DNA from: Candidatus Omnitrophota bacterium
Lineage (GTDB): Bacteria > Omnitrophota > Gorgyraeia > JAFGHF01
Reading direction: 5' to 3'
DNA length: 64,000 bases
Assembly: GCA_043805735.1 (NCBI GenBank)
Contig: JAZDHS010000004.1
Span: 583 to 64,582 of the forward strand
The notes under the pieces were generated by a model, which ran no database searches, was not told the origin of the DNA, and was given only the letters and a program-made list of their open reading frames with translations. The translations under genes were made by a program, and so were the position numbers. Shown here one piece after another: positions 41,159-50,669 of the stretch (position 1 is its first letter; each line of letters starts with the position of its first letter).

Positions 41159-42032
41159 TGCGCTTACTATGACTAATCGCGGGATACGCTATAAAATGGC
41201 CATGGCCTTCACGCTGATGTCGGTTATTCCAATGCTGGTATTTGGGTATTTATTCCTGCACTACCTTTTTCCTCGGCTATCGTCTTTTTTGCACATTTCC
41301 TTAGTATTTATTTTTACGATACTTCTAATGATCGCCGGATACTATTTTGCCAAAAAGATTGTCTATCCGGTAATTAAACTCAGCGCTCATGCCCGCGGTA
41401 TTGCCGATGGCAACTTCGATAAAAGATTAGATATGCCGCGTGATGACGAGATCGGCGAATTGGGCAGCACCTTGAATCACCTTTCCTTAAAACTAAAAGA
41501 GAATATTCGGGAAAATACTTTACTGCAGCATAAGACCAGAGAGCTTACCGTGCGCGATGAACTTACCGGTCTCTATAACGAACGCTATATCCGTGAGCGC
41601 TTAGACGAAGAGATTAAGCGGGCGGTGTCCTATCAACGTCCCTGCTGTTTTATGATGATGGAAATAAACCACTTCGTCAGTTTACGCGCAACCAGGGACG
41701 AGAAAGAAGCTGATCAGCTGCTGAAGAAGATCGCGCAAATCTTGCTGGCCGCGACTACGCCAATTGATAAAGTAGCGCGCTTAAACGAGACGCGGTTTAG
41801 CGTTATTTTTCCGGAAAAAAATAAAAAACAATGTCTGGAGGTTACCCAAAATTGCCGAAAAGATATTGCACGCTTGGTCCAAAGCACTTCCGGGTGGGCC
41901 GGATTAAGCATTAGCGCAGGCATTAGTTCGACACCTCTTGACGGAACTACTGTGGCCGAGCTCATCGACCAGGCGCTCTCTTTTATGGAAAGGGCCGGCA
42001 ATGATGGCGAAAATAGCATTATTATTTCCTAA
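41142..42032 (+). CDS. 2TM-HAMP protein with a degenerate GGDEF domain
   Basis: HAMP DEIGELG, RDELTGLYN; GGDEF replaced by NETRF and DID by EIN; ATG 41142 follows AAGGA. Confidence 0.85.
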   Translation: MNKLFNALTMTNRGIRYKMAMAFTLMSVIPMLVFGYLFLHYLFPRLSSFLHISLVFIFTILLMIAGYYFAKKIVYPVIKLSAHARGIADGNFDKRLDMPRDDEIGELGSTLNHLSLKLKENIRENTLLQHKTRELTVRDELTGLYNERYIRERLDEEIKRAVSYQRPCCFMMMEINHFVSLRATRDEKEADQLLKKIAQILLAATTPIDKVARLNETRFSVIFPEKNKKQCLEVTQNCRKDIARLVQSTSGWAGLSISAGISSTPLDGTTVAELIDQALSFMERAGNDGENSIIIS

Positions 42033-42039
42033 CCGTTAG

Positions 42040-42077
42040 ACCCCAGCTTAAAGGAGTGCTGGGTCTATCCTTTAGGA
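42040..42077. repeat. dispersed ~39-bp hairpin repeat (REP/MITE-like), copy 2
   Basis: Similar to the reverse complement of 7595-7633; flanked by TTAG direct repeats (42036-42039, 42078-42081). Confidence 0.6.
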
Positions 42078-42099
42078 TTAGGAAAAAAGGAGTATCCAT

Positions 42100-43158
42100 A
42101 TGTATGAGATGCAGAAATTACTCAGGATGGTGGTGGAGAAAACGGCGTCCGATTTACATATTACGGCTGGGGCTCCGCCGCAGTTGCGTATCGATGAAGT
42201 GCTGGTTAATGCCGGCGAACAGATCTTGATGCCCGACGATACCAAGAAACTGACCTATAGCCTTTTGGCCCAGGAAGAAATTAAGGAATTCGAGGAGAAT
42301 CTGGAATTGGATTCGTCGTTCGGAATCGAGGGCCTGAGTCGTTTTCGTCTCAATGTCTACCAGCAAAGAGAAGCGGTGGGCTGTGCGATCAGAAGAATTC
42401 CCTTTGAGATTATGACGTTGGAGCAATGCGGCTTACCGGTAAAAATAGTGACGCAGATGTGCCAAAGGACAAAAGGCCTGGTACTGGTAACCGGGGCGAC
42501 GGGAAGCGGAAAATCCACTTCGTTGGCGGGGATGATTAATAAAATTAATCAGGAAAGGCGCTGTCATATTATTACCGTAGAAGATCCGATCGAATATACC
42601 TTTAAGAATTTAAAGTCCTTAATCGAACAGCGCGAAGTCGGCAAAGATACCCATTCCTTTGGCGATTCGTTAAAACATATACTTAGACAGGATCCCGATG
42701 TCATTTTAGTAGGGGAAATGCGCGACTTAGAGACTATCCAGTCGGCGCTGAATATCGCCGAGACCGGCCACCTGGTCTTTGCGACCTTGCATACCTCCGA
42801 TGCGGTTCAGACGGTGAATAGAATCATTGATGTCTTCCCCGCCCATCAGCAGCAACAGGTGCGCACACAGCTATCGTTTGTGCTGTTGGGAATTATGGCC
42901 CAGCAGTTAATACCCCGTCCCGGCGGGGGAAGAATATTGGCAACTGAAATACTAGTGGCCAATCACGCTATTCGCAGCCTGATCCGCGAGGCCAAAACGC
43001 ACCAGGTCTATTCAGTTATTCAAACCGGTCTCAAAGAAGGAATGAGTACGATGAACCAGGCGTTATATGAACTGGTGTTACGTAATATTATTTCACAGGA
43101 CGAGGCGATGCTGCGCACTACCGAACCCAAAGACCTAGAGCGATTGTTTAAAAGCTAA
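42100..43158 (+). CDS. pilT: type IV pilus retraction ATPase PilT
   Basis: SDLH, GATGSGKST, EDPIE, LRQDPD..VGEMRD, AIRSLIRE. Confidence 0.95.
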   Translation: MYEMQKLLRMVVEKTASDLHITAGAPPQLRIDEVLVNAGEQILMPDDTKKLTYSLLAQEEIKEFEENLELDSSFGIEGLSRFRLNVYQQREAVGCAIRRIPFEIMTLEQCGLPVKIVTQMCQRTKGLVLVTGATGSGKSTSLAGMINKINQERRCHIITVEDPIEYTFKNLKSLIEQREVGKDTHSFGDSLKHILRQDPDVILVGEMRDLETIQSALNIAETGHLVFATLHTSDAVQTVNRIIDVFPAHQQQQVRTQLSFVLLGIMAQQLIPRPGGGRILATEILVANHAIRSLIREAKTHQVYSVIQTGLKEGMSTMNQALYELVLRNIISQDEAMLRTTEPKDLERLFKS

Positions 43159-43173
43159 AGGAATAAAAAGCGT

Positions 43174-43635
43174 ATGGAAGCACGTAAAGACCCACATGCA
43201 TTTCGCGAGCAGCTCGGCGAGCTGCTCTTACAAAGAGGCGTGATTAATTCCGAGCAGCTCAAGCATGCCCTGGAGCTGCAGAGTGAGGGTAATATGCTCT
43301 TAGGGGAGATATTGTCTGAGCTTGGCTATGCCTCCGAGGAAGATATTGTCCAGGCGCTAGCGTTACAACATGATTTCCCGTATTTGCCATTGGCCAATTA
43401 TGAGGTTGAGGCGGAAATTATCAAGTTAATTCCGGAGGAATTAGCGCGTCGCTACCATATTCTACCCGTAGATAAAATGGGCGATATCTTAACCGTGGTT
43501 ACCGATAATCCGCTGGAGCGCTCATTTTTCAAAGAGATCGAAGCGCTGACAAAATGTAAAATTGAAATATTTGTCTCAACGTCTAGAGAAATCAAAGAGG
43601 CGATTGAGCGCTATTATAGCGAAAAGAAAAAGTAA
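43174..43635 (+). CDS. stand-alone MshEN/T2SSE-N domain protein
   Basis: QLGELLLQRGVI..EQL..AL..Q and LLGEILSELG..SEEDI..AL..Q tandem motif plus IPEELARRY; no ATPase domain. Confidence 0.85.
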   Translation: MEARKDPHAFREQLGELLLQRGVINSEQLKHALELQSEGNMLLGEILSELGYASEEDIVQALALQHDFPYLPLANYEVEAEIIKLIPEELARRYHILPVDKMGDILTVVTDNPLERSFFKEIEALTKCKIEIFVSTSREIKEAIERYYSEKKK

Positions 43636-43652
43636 AAAAGGTTAAACGTACG

Positions 43653-45365
43653 ATGCCTAGATCATTAAAAGAACAATTAGTGGCTATCCTTACCGAGAAC
43701 AAACTGCTTTCCCAAACGCAGCTGGAGCAGGCGCTGAAGCTGCAAAAGGAAAAAGGGGGACGCCTGAGCAACATTCTAATATCTTTAAAATTTATTCAGG
43801 AAAAAGATTTAATGCTGGCCTTAAGCAAAAGCTTGAATATTCCTCCGATTAATTTGCAAAAGATTGAGATTAAGCCCGAGGTGATTAAAGTTATTTCTGA
43901 AAAAGTAGCCCGGCATTATCAGCTCATCCCGATTGCGAAGATGTCCAATAGCCTAACCGTAGCGGTGAGCGACCCCTTGAATATTTTCGCGCTTGACGAT
44001 ATCCGGGCGCTGACAAACTTCAAAATTAAATCGGTGCTCAGCACCGAAGAAGACATTAAACATGCGATTAATAAATATTATTCCAAGGATGCGCTAGATA
44101 TTGTCAAGGATGTAATCAAAGATAAAGAGGCAAAGATAGAGACCATTACCCAACAAGAAGCAACGGTGGATACCAAGGCGCTTCTGGAGATGATTAATGA
44201 GGCGCCGATCGTCAAGATTACCAACATGATTTTGCAGGAAGGGATTAAGAGGAAATCCAGCGATATCTTAGTTGAGCCCTTGGAAAAGACGATGCAGATA
44301 CGCTATCGTGTCGATGGTATTTTGGAGCTTGGCGAGGCTCCGCCACGGAGCATGCATGATGCCATTGTGACCAGGATTAAAGTTATGTCGCGTCTGGATG
44401 TGGCCGAACACCGCCTGCCGCAAGATGGAAGATTCAAAGTCCAGCTGCCCGGAAAAGAAGTCGATTTTCGCGTCTCCGTGCTTCCTTCGAGTTTTGGCGA
44501 AAAACTGGCCCTGCGTATTTTGGATAAGAGCACGCTGATGTTAGACGTCGATAAGTTGGGGCTGGAAGAACAACCGCTCTCAGTGCTGAAAAAATGCGCC
44601 CAGCGTCCACATGGGATGATTTTAGTTTGCGGCCCGACCGGCTGTGGCAAAACCACGACCCTTTATTCTGTGCTTAAATACATTGATTCTATTGAGGATA
44701 ACTTAGTAACCGTAGAAGATCCGATCGAATATCTTTTGGATGGAATCAACCAGGTAACGGCCGCTCCGGAAATCGGGCTGACCTTTGCCGCGGCGCTGCG
44801 TTCTATTTTACGCCAGGACCCGGATATTATCATGGTCGGAGAAATCCGAGATTTTGAAACTGTCGATATCGCGATTAAGGCCGCGCTGACCGGCCATTTG
44901 GTCTTAAGCACCTTGCATACTACCGATGCGCCGGGATCGCTGGTGCGCCTGGCGAATATGGGTGTGGAACCGTTTTTGATTACCGCGTCCTGTCTGATGG
45001 TGGGCGCGCAGCGGTTAGTCCGCGTGCTTTGTCCGGAATGCAAGGAAACATATCTGGCAGTGCCGGAGCTAAAGAAAAAGTTGGGAATAAAAAACGACAA
45101 AGAAATTACTTTCACCCGGCCCAAAGGCTGTGCTAAATGCGGCAACAGCGGTTACAAGGGCCGCATTGCCATCATGGAGTCATTGGAGATTACCGCTCAG
45201 ATTAAGGAGTTGATTTTACAGAAAGCTCCCGAGGCACATATCAAGAATGCTGCCCGCAAGGAAGGTATGCGCACGCTGCGGGAGAATGGTTTGGCGATAG
45301 CAATGAAAGGAATTACATCAGTCGAAGAAGTGCTCAGGGTTACCGCTACGGACGAAGAGATATAA
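43653..45365 (+). CDS. pilB: type IV pilus assembly ATPase PilB, paralog 1
   Basis: MshEN-like N-terminus, PQDGR, GPTGCGKTTT, EDPIE, LRQDPD, CxxC/CxxC zinc site. Confidence 0.92.
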   Translation: MPRSLKEQLVAILTENKLLSQTQLEQALKLQKEKGGRLSNILISLKFIQEKDLMLALSKSLNIPPINLQKIEIKPEVIKVISEKVARHYQLIPIAKMSNSLTVAVSDPLNIFALDDIRALTNFKIKSVLSTEEDIKHAINKYYSKDALDIVKDVIKDKEAKIETITQQEATVDTKALLEMINEAPIVKITNMILQEGIKRKSSDILVEPLEKTMQIRYRVDGILELGEAPPRSMHDAIVTRIKVMSRLDVAEHRLPQDGRFKVQLPGKEVDFRVSVLPSSFGEKLALRILDKSTLMLDVDKLGLEEQPLSVLKKCAQRPHGMILVCGPTGCGKTTTLYSVLKYIDSIEDNLVTVEDPIEYLLDGINQVTAAPEIGLTFAAALRSILRQDPDIIMVGEIRDFETVDIAIKAALTGHLVLSTLHTTDAPGSLVRLANMGVEPFLITASCLMVGAQRLVRVLCPECKETYLAVPELKKKLGIKNDKEITFTRPKGCAKCGNSGYKGRIAIMESLEITAQIKELILQKAPEAHIKNAARKEGMRTLRENGLAIAMKGITSVEEVLRVTATDEEI

Positions 45366-45397
45366 TAATCGGGTTTTGCGTGGAGGTTGAAACTAAA

Positions 45398-47110
45398 GTG
45401 CCCAGGCTTTTGACGTTAAAAAAGAAGCTCAATGAGATCCTGCTGGAAAATAAATTAATCAGCGCCAAGGACCTTGAAAAAGCCCTAAGTATCCAGAAGG
45501 AAAAAGGGGGGCAGTTGAGCAAGATTCTTGTTGAGCAGAAAATGATTTCCCAACAGGATTTGATGGTTTGCCTGGGTACACAGCTGGGAGTGCCGCCAAT
45601 CAATCTGGCCAGGTATAAAATCGATCCCGAAGTAGTTAAATTCATCCCCGAACGTATTGCCCGCCATTATATGGTCATACCAATATCCAAAATTAAGAAT
45701 GTGATTAGCGTGGCCATGGCCGATCCGTTGAATATTTACGCCTTAGACGATATCAAGGTCTTAACTAAATTAGAGGTCCAGACGGTCATTACTACGCCCG
45801 ACGATATTATGCAGGCAATTGACAAATATTATAAGGGTAAAATACAAGATATGGCCGATATTATCCAAAAGGCGCAGGAAACGGTGGAACTGCAGACTGT
45901 GGAAGAAGGGCCAATGCCGGGCGATATTGAAGAGCTGACTAAGGCCAGTGGAGAGGCGCCGTTGATTCAATTAGTCAATGTCGTGATTCACGAGGCCATC
46001 AAAAGTCGGGCCAGCGATATTCATATTGAACCGTTTCAGGAGCGCGTGCGTATCCGCTACCGTATTGACGGAATCTTGCATGATTCCTTTAACTTCCCCA
46101 CGAAAATCAAAAATGCCTTACTTACACGGATAAAAATTATGTCTAATTTAGACATCACCCAAAGACGTATTCCCCAGGACGGCCGGTTTAAAGTGAAGGT
46201 CGAAAATAAAGAAGTCGATTTCCGCGTCTCGGTGCTGCCTACCGCTTTCGGCGGAAAAATTGTGCTTCGGGCTCTAGATAAAGCCAACCTATCTATCGGT
46301 CTGGACCAATTAGGATTTTCAGCGCACACTTTAGTTAAATTTAAGGAAGCAATTGCTAAACCCTACGGCATGATGCTACTCACTGGGCCTACCGGTTGCG
46401 GTAAGTCCACTACCCTTTATTCCATTCTCAACCAGCTTAATTCCAACGATCGCAATATCGTTACTATTGAAGACCCAATAGAATATCAGGTGGAGCGGAT
46501 TACCCAAATTGCGGTCAAGCCCGAGATCGGCTTAACCTTTGCCAGCGGATTGCGCTCAATATTGCGCCAGAGTCCGGATGTAATCATGGTCGGTGAGATC
46601 CGCGACGGTGAAACCGCCGATATCGCCATTAAGGCGTCGCTGACCGGAGAACTAGTGTTGAGCACGCTGCATACCAACGATGCGGCTTCGGCAATTACCC
46701 GGCTGATCGATATGGGCGTGGAACCGTTTTTAATTGCCTCGTCCGTAATTATGGTGGCCGCGCAGCGGCTTTGCCGGCGGGTTTGCCCGCATTGTAAAGA
46801 GCCTTACGAGGTCGCCAAGTCCGTTCTGGATAGCCTGGAAATTTCCGCCCAAAAAAATACACTGTTTTATCATGGTAAAGGCTGCCCCCATTGCAATCAT
46901 ACCGGCTACTATGGACGGATGGGGACATTGGAGATTTTAACTGTTGACGACGCGATCAGAGAAATGATTATTAAGGGGGCCTCAAGCACACATATTAAAG
47001 ACTATGCCCGTAAGCACGGCATGAGGACGCTGCGTGAAAACGGTCTGGAAAAATTTATACAAGGCGAAACAACGCTGGAAGAAGTCTTGCGGATGACCGC
47101 TGAGGAATAA
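45398..47110 (+). CDS. pilB: type IV pilus assembly ATPase PilB, paralog 2
   Basis: Same architecture, GPTGCGKSTT, LRQSPD, CPHC..CPHC; GTG 45398 after GGAGG gives an MPR N-terminus like paralog 1 (ORF-track start 45380). Confidence 0.9.
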   Translation: MPRLLTLKKKLNEILLENKLISAKDLEKALSIQKEKGGQLSKILVEQKMISQQDLMVCLGTQLGVPPINLARYKIDPEVVKFIPERIARHYMVIPISKIKNVISVAMADPLNIYALDDIKVLTKLEVQTVITTPDDIMQAIDKYYKGKIQDMADIIQKAQETVELQTVEEGPMPGDIEELTKASGEAPLIQLVNVVIHEAIKSRASDIHIEPFQERVRIRYRIDGILHDSFNFPTKIKNALLTRIKIMSNLDITQRRIPQDGRFKVKVENKEVDFRVSVLPTAFGGKIVLRALDKANLSIGLDQLGFSAHTLVKFKEAIAKPYGMMLLTGPTGCGKSTTLYSILNQLNSNDRNIVTIEDPIEYQVERITQIAVKPEIGLTFASGLRSILRQSPDVIMVGEIRDGETADIAIKASLTGELVLSTLHTNDAASAITRLIDMGVEPFLIASSVIMVAAQRLCRRVCPHCKEPYEVAKSVLDSLEISAQKNTLFYHGKGCPHCNHTGYYGRMGTLEILTVDDAIREMIIKGASSTHIKDYARKHGMRTLRENGLEKFIQGETTLEEVLRMTAEE

Positions 47111-47127
47111 TAAAAGGAGAGGCCGTT

Positions 47128-48330
47128 ATGCCTTACTTTAAATATATCGCCAAGGATCAGGAAGGTAAAACCATTAACGCCACCCTGGAGTCCAAAGACA
47201 AAAACGGGGTCGTGGAATTGTTGCGCAAGAGAGACATGGTTATCCTCTCTATAGATGAAACGAAAGATAAACCCTTTAAGGTAAAAACCAGTGGCAGCGT
47301 CCAGATCGATGACTTGGTAATCTTTTCCCGCCAATTGGCCACGATGGTCGACAGCGGAATTCCCTTGGTTCAGGCCCTGGATGTATTGCAGGAACAAATC
47401 CAGAAGTCTTACTTTAAGGGCGTTATCGGCAGTTTACGCGATGGTATCGAGACGGGCAGCAGCCTTTCCGATGCGATGGCCCAGCACCAGCGGGTTTTTT
47501 CCGACCTGTTCGTGAATATGGTGCGTGCCGGTGAATCCAGCGGTATGCTTGATGATATTATGGAGCGCGTTGCCGATTATATCGAGAAAACCGCGGCCCT
47601 GCAGCGTAAAGTAAAATCCAGTTTAATTTATCCGGCGGTAGTCGTGTCTATGGCGATTGGAATTACGGTGATTCTACTGATCAAGGTAGTACCGACATTT
47701 AAAGGGATTTTTGATAGCCTGGGGGGAGAGTTGCCGATGTTAACCCAGATTCTAATTAATGTTAGTGATTTTTTACAGCATTACTTCATGTTTATTGTCG
47801 TCAGCCTGTTTGTATTGGGAGTGACAGTGGAGCGGCTTTCCCGCACCGCTAAAGGCCGGCTTTTTATTGACCGGCTGTTATTACGTTTGCCGGTTTTTGG
47901 TTTACTCTTGCGCAAAGTGGCGATTGCCCGCTTTTCGCGGACTTTGTCTACTTTAGTCAAAAGTGGTGTGCCCATTTTGAATTCCTTAGAGATTGTTTCC
48001 GCCACCGCTGGCAATAAAGTAATCCAAATGGCCGTGGAGCAGGTGCGCAATAGTATCCGCGAGGGTGAAAACATTTCCGAACCCCTATCGCGTAGTGGTA
48101 TTTTTCCTCCGATGGTCACCAGGATGATCGGAGTTGGGGAGCAAACTGGTGAATTGGAAAAAATGCTTTCTAAAATTGCCGATTTCTACGAAGAACAGGT
48201 CGATGTGGCAGTCAGCAGCATGACCTCACTTATCGAACCCCTTATCATTGTTGTACTTGGGGTGGTTGTCGGTGGCATTGTCGCCGCGATGTTCTTACCC
48301 ATCTTTAAGATTACCGAGCTGATCAAATAG
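47128..48330 (+). CDS. pilC: type IV pilus platform protein PilC
   Basis: FSRQLATM..SG.PL, AGESSG.L, GEQTGEL, LIEP. Confidence 0.95.
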   Translation: MPYFKYIAKDQEGKTINATLESKDKNGVVELLRKRDMVILSIDETKDKPFKVKTSGSVQIDDLVIFSRQLATMVDSGIPLVQALDVLQEQIQKSYFKGVIGSLRDGIETGSSLSDAMAQHQRVFSDLFVNMVRAGESSGMLDDIMERVADYIEKTAALQRKVKSSLIYPAVVVSMAIGITVILLIKVVPTFKGIFDSLGGELPMLTQILINVSDFLQHYFMFIVVSLFVLGVTVERLSRTAKGRLFIDRLLLRLPVFGLLLRKVAIARFSRTLSTLVKSGVPILNSLEIVSATAGNKVIQMAVEQVRNSIREGENISEPLSRSGIFPPMVTRMIGVGEQTGELEKMLSKIADFYEEQVDVAVSSMTSLIEPLIIVVLGVVVGGIVAAMFLPIFKITELIK

Positions 48331-48341
48331 CCAAAAACCCC

Positions 48342-48370
48342 TTGACAAGAGCGGGGTTGAGTGATAAGCT
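48342..48370 (+). promoter_or_regulatory. sigma70 promoter of the major pilin
   Basis: TTGACA (48342-48347), 17-bp spacer, TGn-TAAGCT (48365-48370). Confidence 0.75.
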
Positions 48371-48518
48371 TTATAGTAGGCGCTTGATGAGCGCTAAAGC
48401 TGAGTTTGGCTTTTTAGGGTTTACGGCGGTGAATCATCTTGATCTATTTTTCGCGCCAATGCCCGTTAAAGCTGAAACAGTTTAACCCATATGAGGAAGA
48501 AGGGAGGTTAGAACAAAC

Positions 48519-49040
48519 ATGTTAAGGTACAATCGCAAAGGCTTTACATTAGTTGAAATCATGATTGTAGTTGCTATCATAGCTCTCTTAGCCGCGATTG
48601 CCATACCGAACTTGCTGCGCGCGCGTTTGAATGCGAATGAAAATGCGACCGTAAATAGTTTAAAGACTCTTTGCGCCGCAATGAATTCATTTGCCGGCAC
48701 TAACATCCAATCTGGTGTACCGACCTATCCGGCCGGGCTGGATAACCTGACTCCCAACGTGATTCTCTCTCCTGAGCCACCCTATCTAGATGTGGCCTGG
48801 AGTGACGCCGCTGGCCCTGTGCAGCGGTCCGGTTACTCCTACACCTATGCCGGGTCAGATGTAGATGGAAATGGGACCACCGAGAGGTTCTGGATTGACG
48901 CTATTCCGCTGTCATATCAAACCTCAGGTGTACGCAGTTTCTACATTGATGAAGGCGGTGTGGTGTATGGCGGTGATAACGCTGGTGCTGCTACCGGTGT
49001 TTATGGCACCCCCGGAGCGCCATATGTAGCTACGGAATAA
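48519..49040 (+). CDS. pilA: type IVa pilin, probable major subunit
   Basis: KG|FTLVE cleavage site; own promoter, strong SD GGGAGG, own terminator. Confidence 0.88.
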   Translation: MLRYNRKGFTLVEIMIVVAIIALLAAIAIPNLLRARLNANENATVNSLKTLCAAMNSFAGTNIQSGVPTYPAGLDNLTPNVILSPEPPYLDVAWSDAAGPVQRSGYSYTYAGSDVDGNGTTERFWIDAIPLSYQTSGVRSFYIDEGGVVYGGDNAGAATGVYGTPGAPYVATE

Positions 49041-49063
49041 TTAAGAGCAAGACAATCAGATGT

Positions 49064-49100
49064 AAAAAGGCGGTGGATGTTTCCACCGCCTTTTTATTTT
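49064..49100 (+). terminator. intrinsic (bidirectional-type) terminator after the major pilin
   Basis: AAAAAGGCGGTGGA-TGTT-TCCACCGCCTTTTT followed by ATTTT. Confidence 0.9.
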
Positions 49101-49160
49101 TACAATTAATGCTTGATTTTTTACGGGATTCAGGTATTATAATACTAACAATAACATAAT

Positions 49161-49694
49161 ATGGCCTATTATATTAAGATTAATAAAGAAAAAGGGTTTA
49201 GTTTAATAGAAATATTGATTGTTTCGGCAATTTTGGTCATTATGTCCACGATTGCTATACCGGCTTTACTGCGCCAAAGGCTTAATGCTAACGAGAGGGC
49301 AACGATAAAAAGTTTAAAAACACTCTACCTTTCTTTGAATTCTTTTGCGGCCAGAAATATCCAGGGTGGTATTGCGATCTTTCCCGCCAACCTTGATGCG
49401 CTGACTGCCAACCAGATTGCCTCTCCTGAGCCACCATATCTGGATGTAGCCTGGAGTGATGCCGCTGGCCAAATATTCAGATCCGGTTATCAATATAGCT
49501 ATCGTCCCTTTGATTCCGCTGACCCCGATGGTACCGCCGATCGGTTCTGGATCGACGCCATTCCTGCTGGCTATCAAAGCTCAGGTGTGCGTAGTTTCTA
49601 TGTTGACGAGGGCGGGGTAGTCTATGGTTTTGATAATGCCGGTATAGCCACGGGCGCTTATGGTATTCCGGCAGGTTGGGTTGCTGCGGAGTAA
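49161..49694 (+). CDS. type IVa pilin paralog 2
   Basis: KG|FSLIE site; head domain close to pilin 1 (identical SPEPPYLDVAWSDAAG). Confidence 0.88.
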   Translation: MAYYIKINKEKGFSLIEILIVSAILVIMSTIAIPALLRQRLNANERATIKSLKTLYLSLNSFAARNIQGGIAIFPANLDALTANQIASPEPPYLDVAWSDAAGQIFRSGYQYSYRPFDSADPDGTADRFWIDAIPAGYQSSGVRSFYVDEGGVVYGFDNAGIATGAYGIPAGWVAAE

Positions 49695-49703
49695 ATAAAC
49701 CTG

Positions 49704-50669
49704 ATGAGTAAAGAAAAAATTATAATCGGTCTGGATATTGAGAAACATTCCCTTAACCTGGTGAAGTTGGCCAAAGGGGCTAGCGGTGAAATCAAACTGC
49801 TGGATTTCGCTAGCGTATCCTTAAGCCCGGAATTGGCCCCAGCGGAAAAGGCGCGCCAGCTGGAAAACTTTGTGCGCGCCAAGGGGATTAACGCCCTGGC
49901 CGTGAACGTCGGCATCTCCGGGGAAACGGTAGTAGTCAGGTATATTGATTTACCGAAGATGAAAAAAAACGAAATCTCCCAGGCCCTGGCCTATGAAGCC
50001 CAGCAGTATATTCCGTTTAAAATGGAAGAAGTAATTTTTGATTTTCATCCGCTCAACGTTGCCCCCACGGGCAATAACCGGATGAAGGTGCTTTTGGTCG
50101 CCGCCAAAAAACAAGCGATTCTCAATTTCATCAAGTCAATTCAGCAAGCCGGCCTTAGGCCTAATCTCATTGACGTCAATTCGTTTGCGCTGATTAACTG
50201 TTTCACCGTCAACGGGCCAAAAGTAAAAGAAAGCGATATCTACGCTGTCTTGAATCTCGAGTTTGACGTGGTCAATATTAATATTCTTCAGGGTGGGTTG
50301 CCTTTTTTTACCCGTGATATTTCTTTGGAAGAGGCCAATGCGATCTCGGCCGCAAAAGGCGAAGCAAAGGCGGAACTGTTTGCGCCGGCCATGCCGCTCT
50401 TAGCCAGTTTAATCCGTGAGGTCAAAATTTCAATTGATTATTTTGAGAGCGAATTTGAAAAACAGGTGCCAATATTATATTTAAGCGGAGCAGGCGCGAA
50501 GTTTCCGGAGCTGGTGCAGGCTTTTTCCAGCCAACTCGGCCGGGAAGTTTTGCTTTGGGATCCCTTGCGTACCTTTGCGGTTGATGCCGCGCTGGGTGAC
50601 AGGCAGTTACTAAAAGATACTTCTATACAATTAGCCTTGGCCAGTGGCTTGGCGTTACGGGGAATATGA
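49704..50669 (+). CDS. pilM: type IV pilus alignment protein PilM
   Basis: IGLDI, EAQQYIPF, VLLVAAKK, IDVNSFAL, LSGAGA. Confidence 0.9.
   Translation: MSKEKIIIGLDIEKHSLNLVKLAKGASGEIKLLDFASVSLSPELAPAEKARQLENFVRAKGINALAVNVGISGETVVVRYIDLPKMKKNEISQALAYEAQQYIPFKMEEVIFDFHPLNVAPTGNNRMKVLLVAAKKQAILNFIKSIQQAGLRPNLIDVNSFALINCFTVNGPKVKESDIYAVLNLEFDVVNINILQGGLPFFTRDISLEEANAISAAKGEAKAELFAPAMPLLASLIREVKISIDYFESEFEKQVPILYLSGAGAKFPELVQAFSSQLGREVLLWDPLRTFAVDAALGDRQLLKDTSIQLALASGLALRGI

Noticed and set aside
48519-49040. Electrically conductive (e-pilin) type pilin
   Set aside because: It is a full-length pilin with a long aromatic-free stretch after Phe1, and there are no cytochrome genes nearby
48767-49640. 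Pilin 1 / pilin 2 similarity as a DGR template/variable repeat pair
   Set aside because: In the best-matching block the mismatches are synonymous third-position changes and are not adenine-specific; there is no reverse transcriptase in the window
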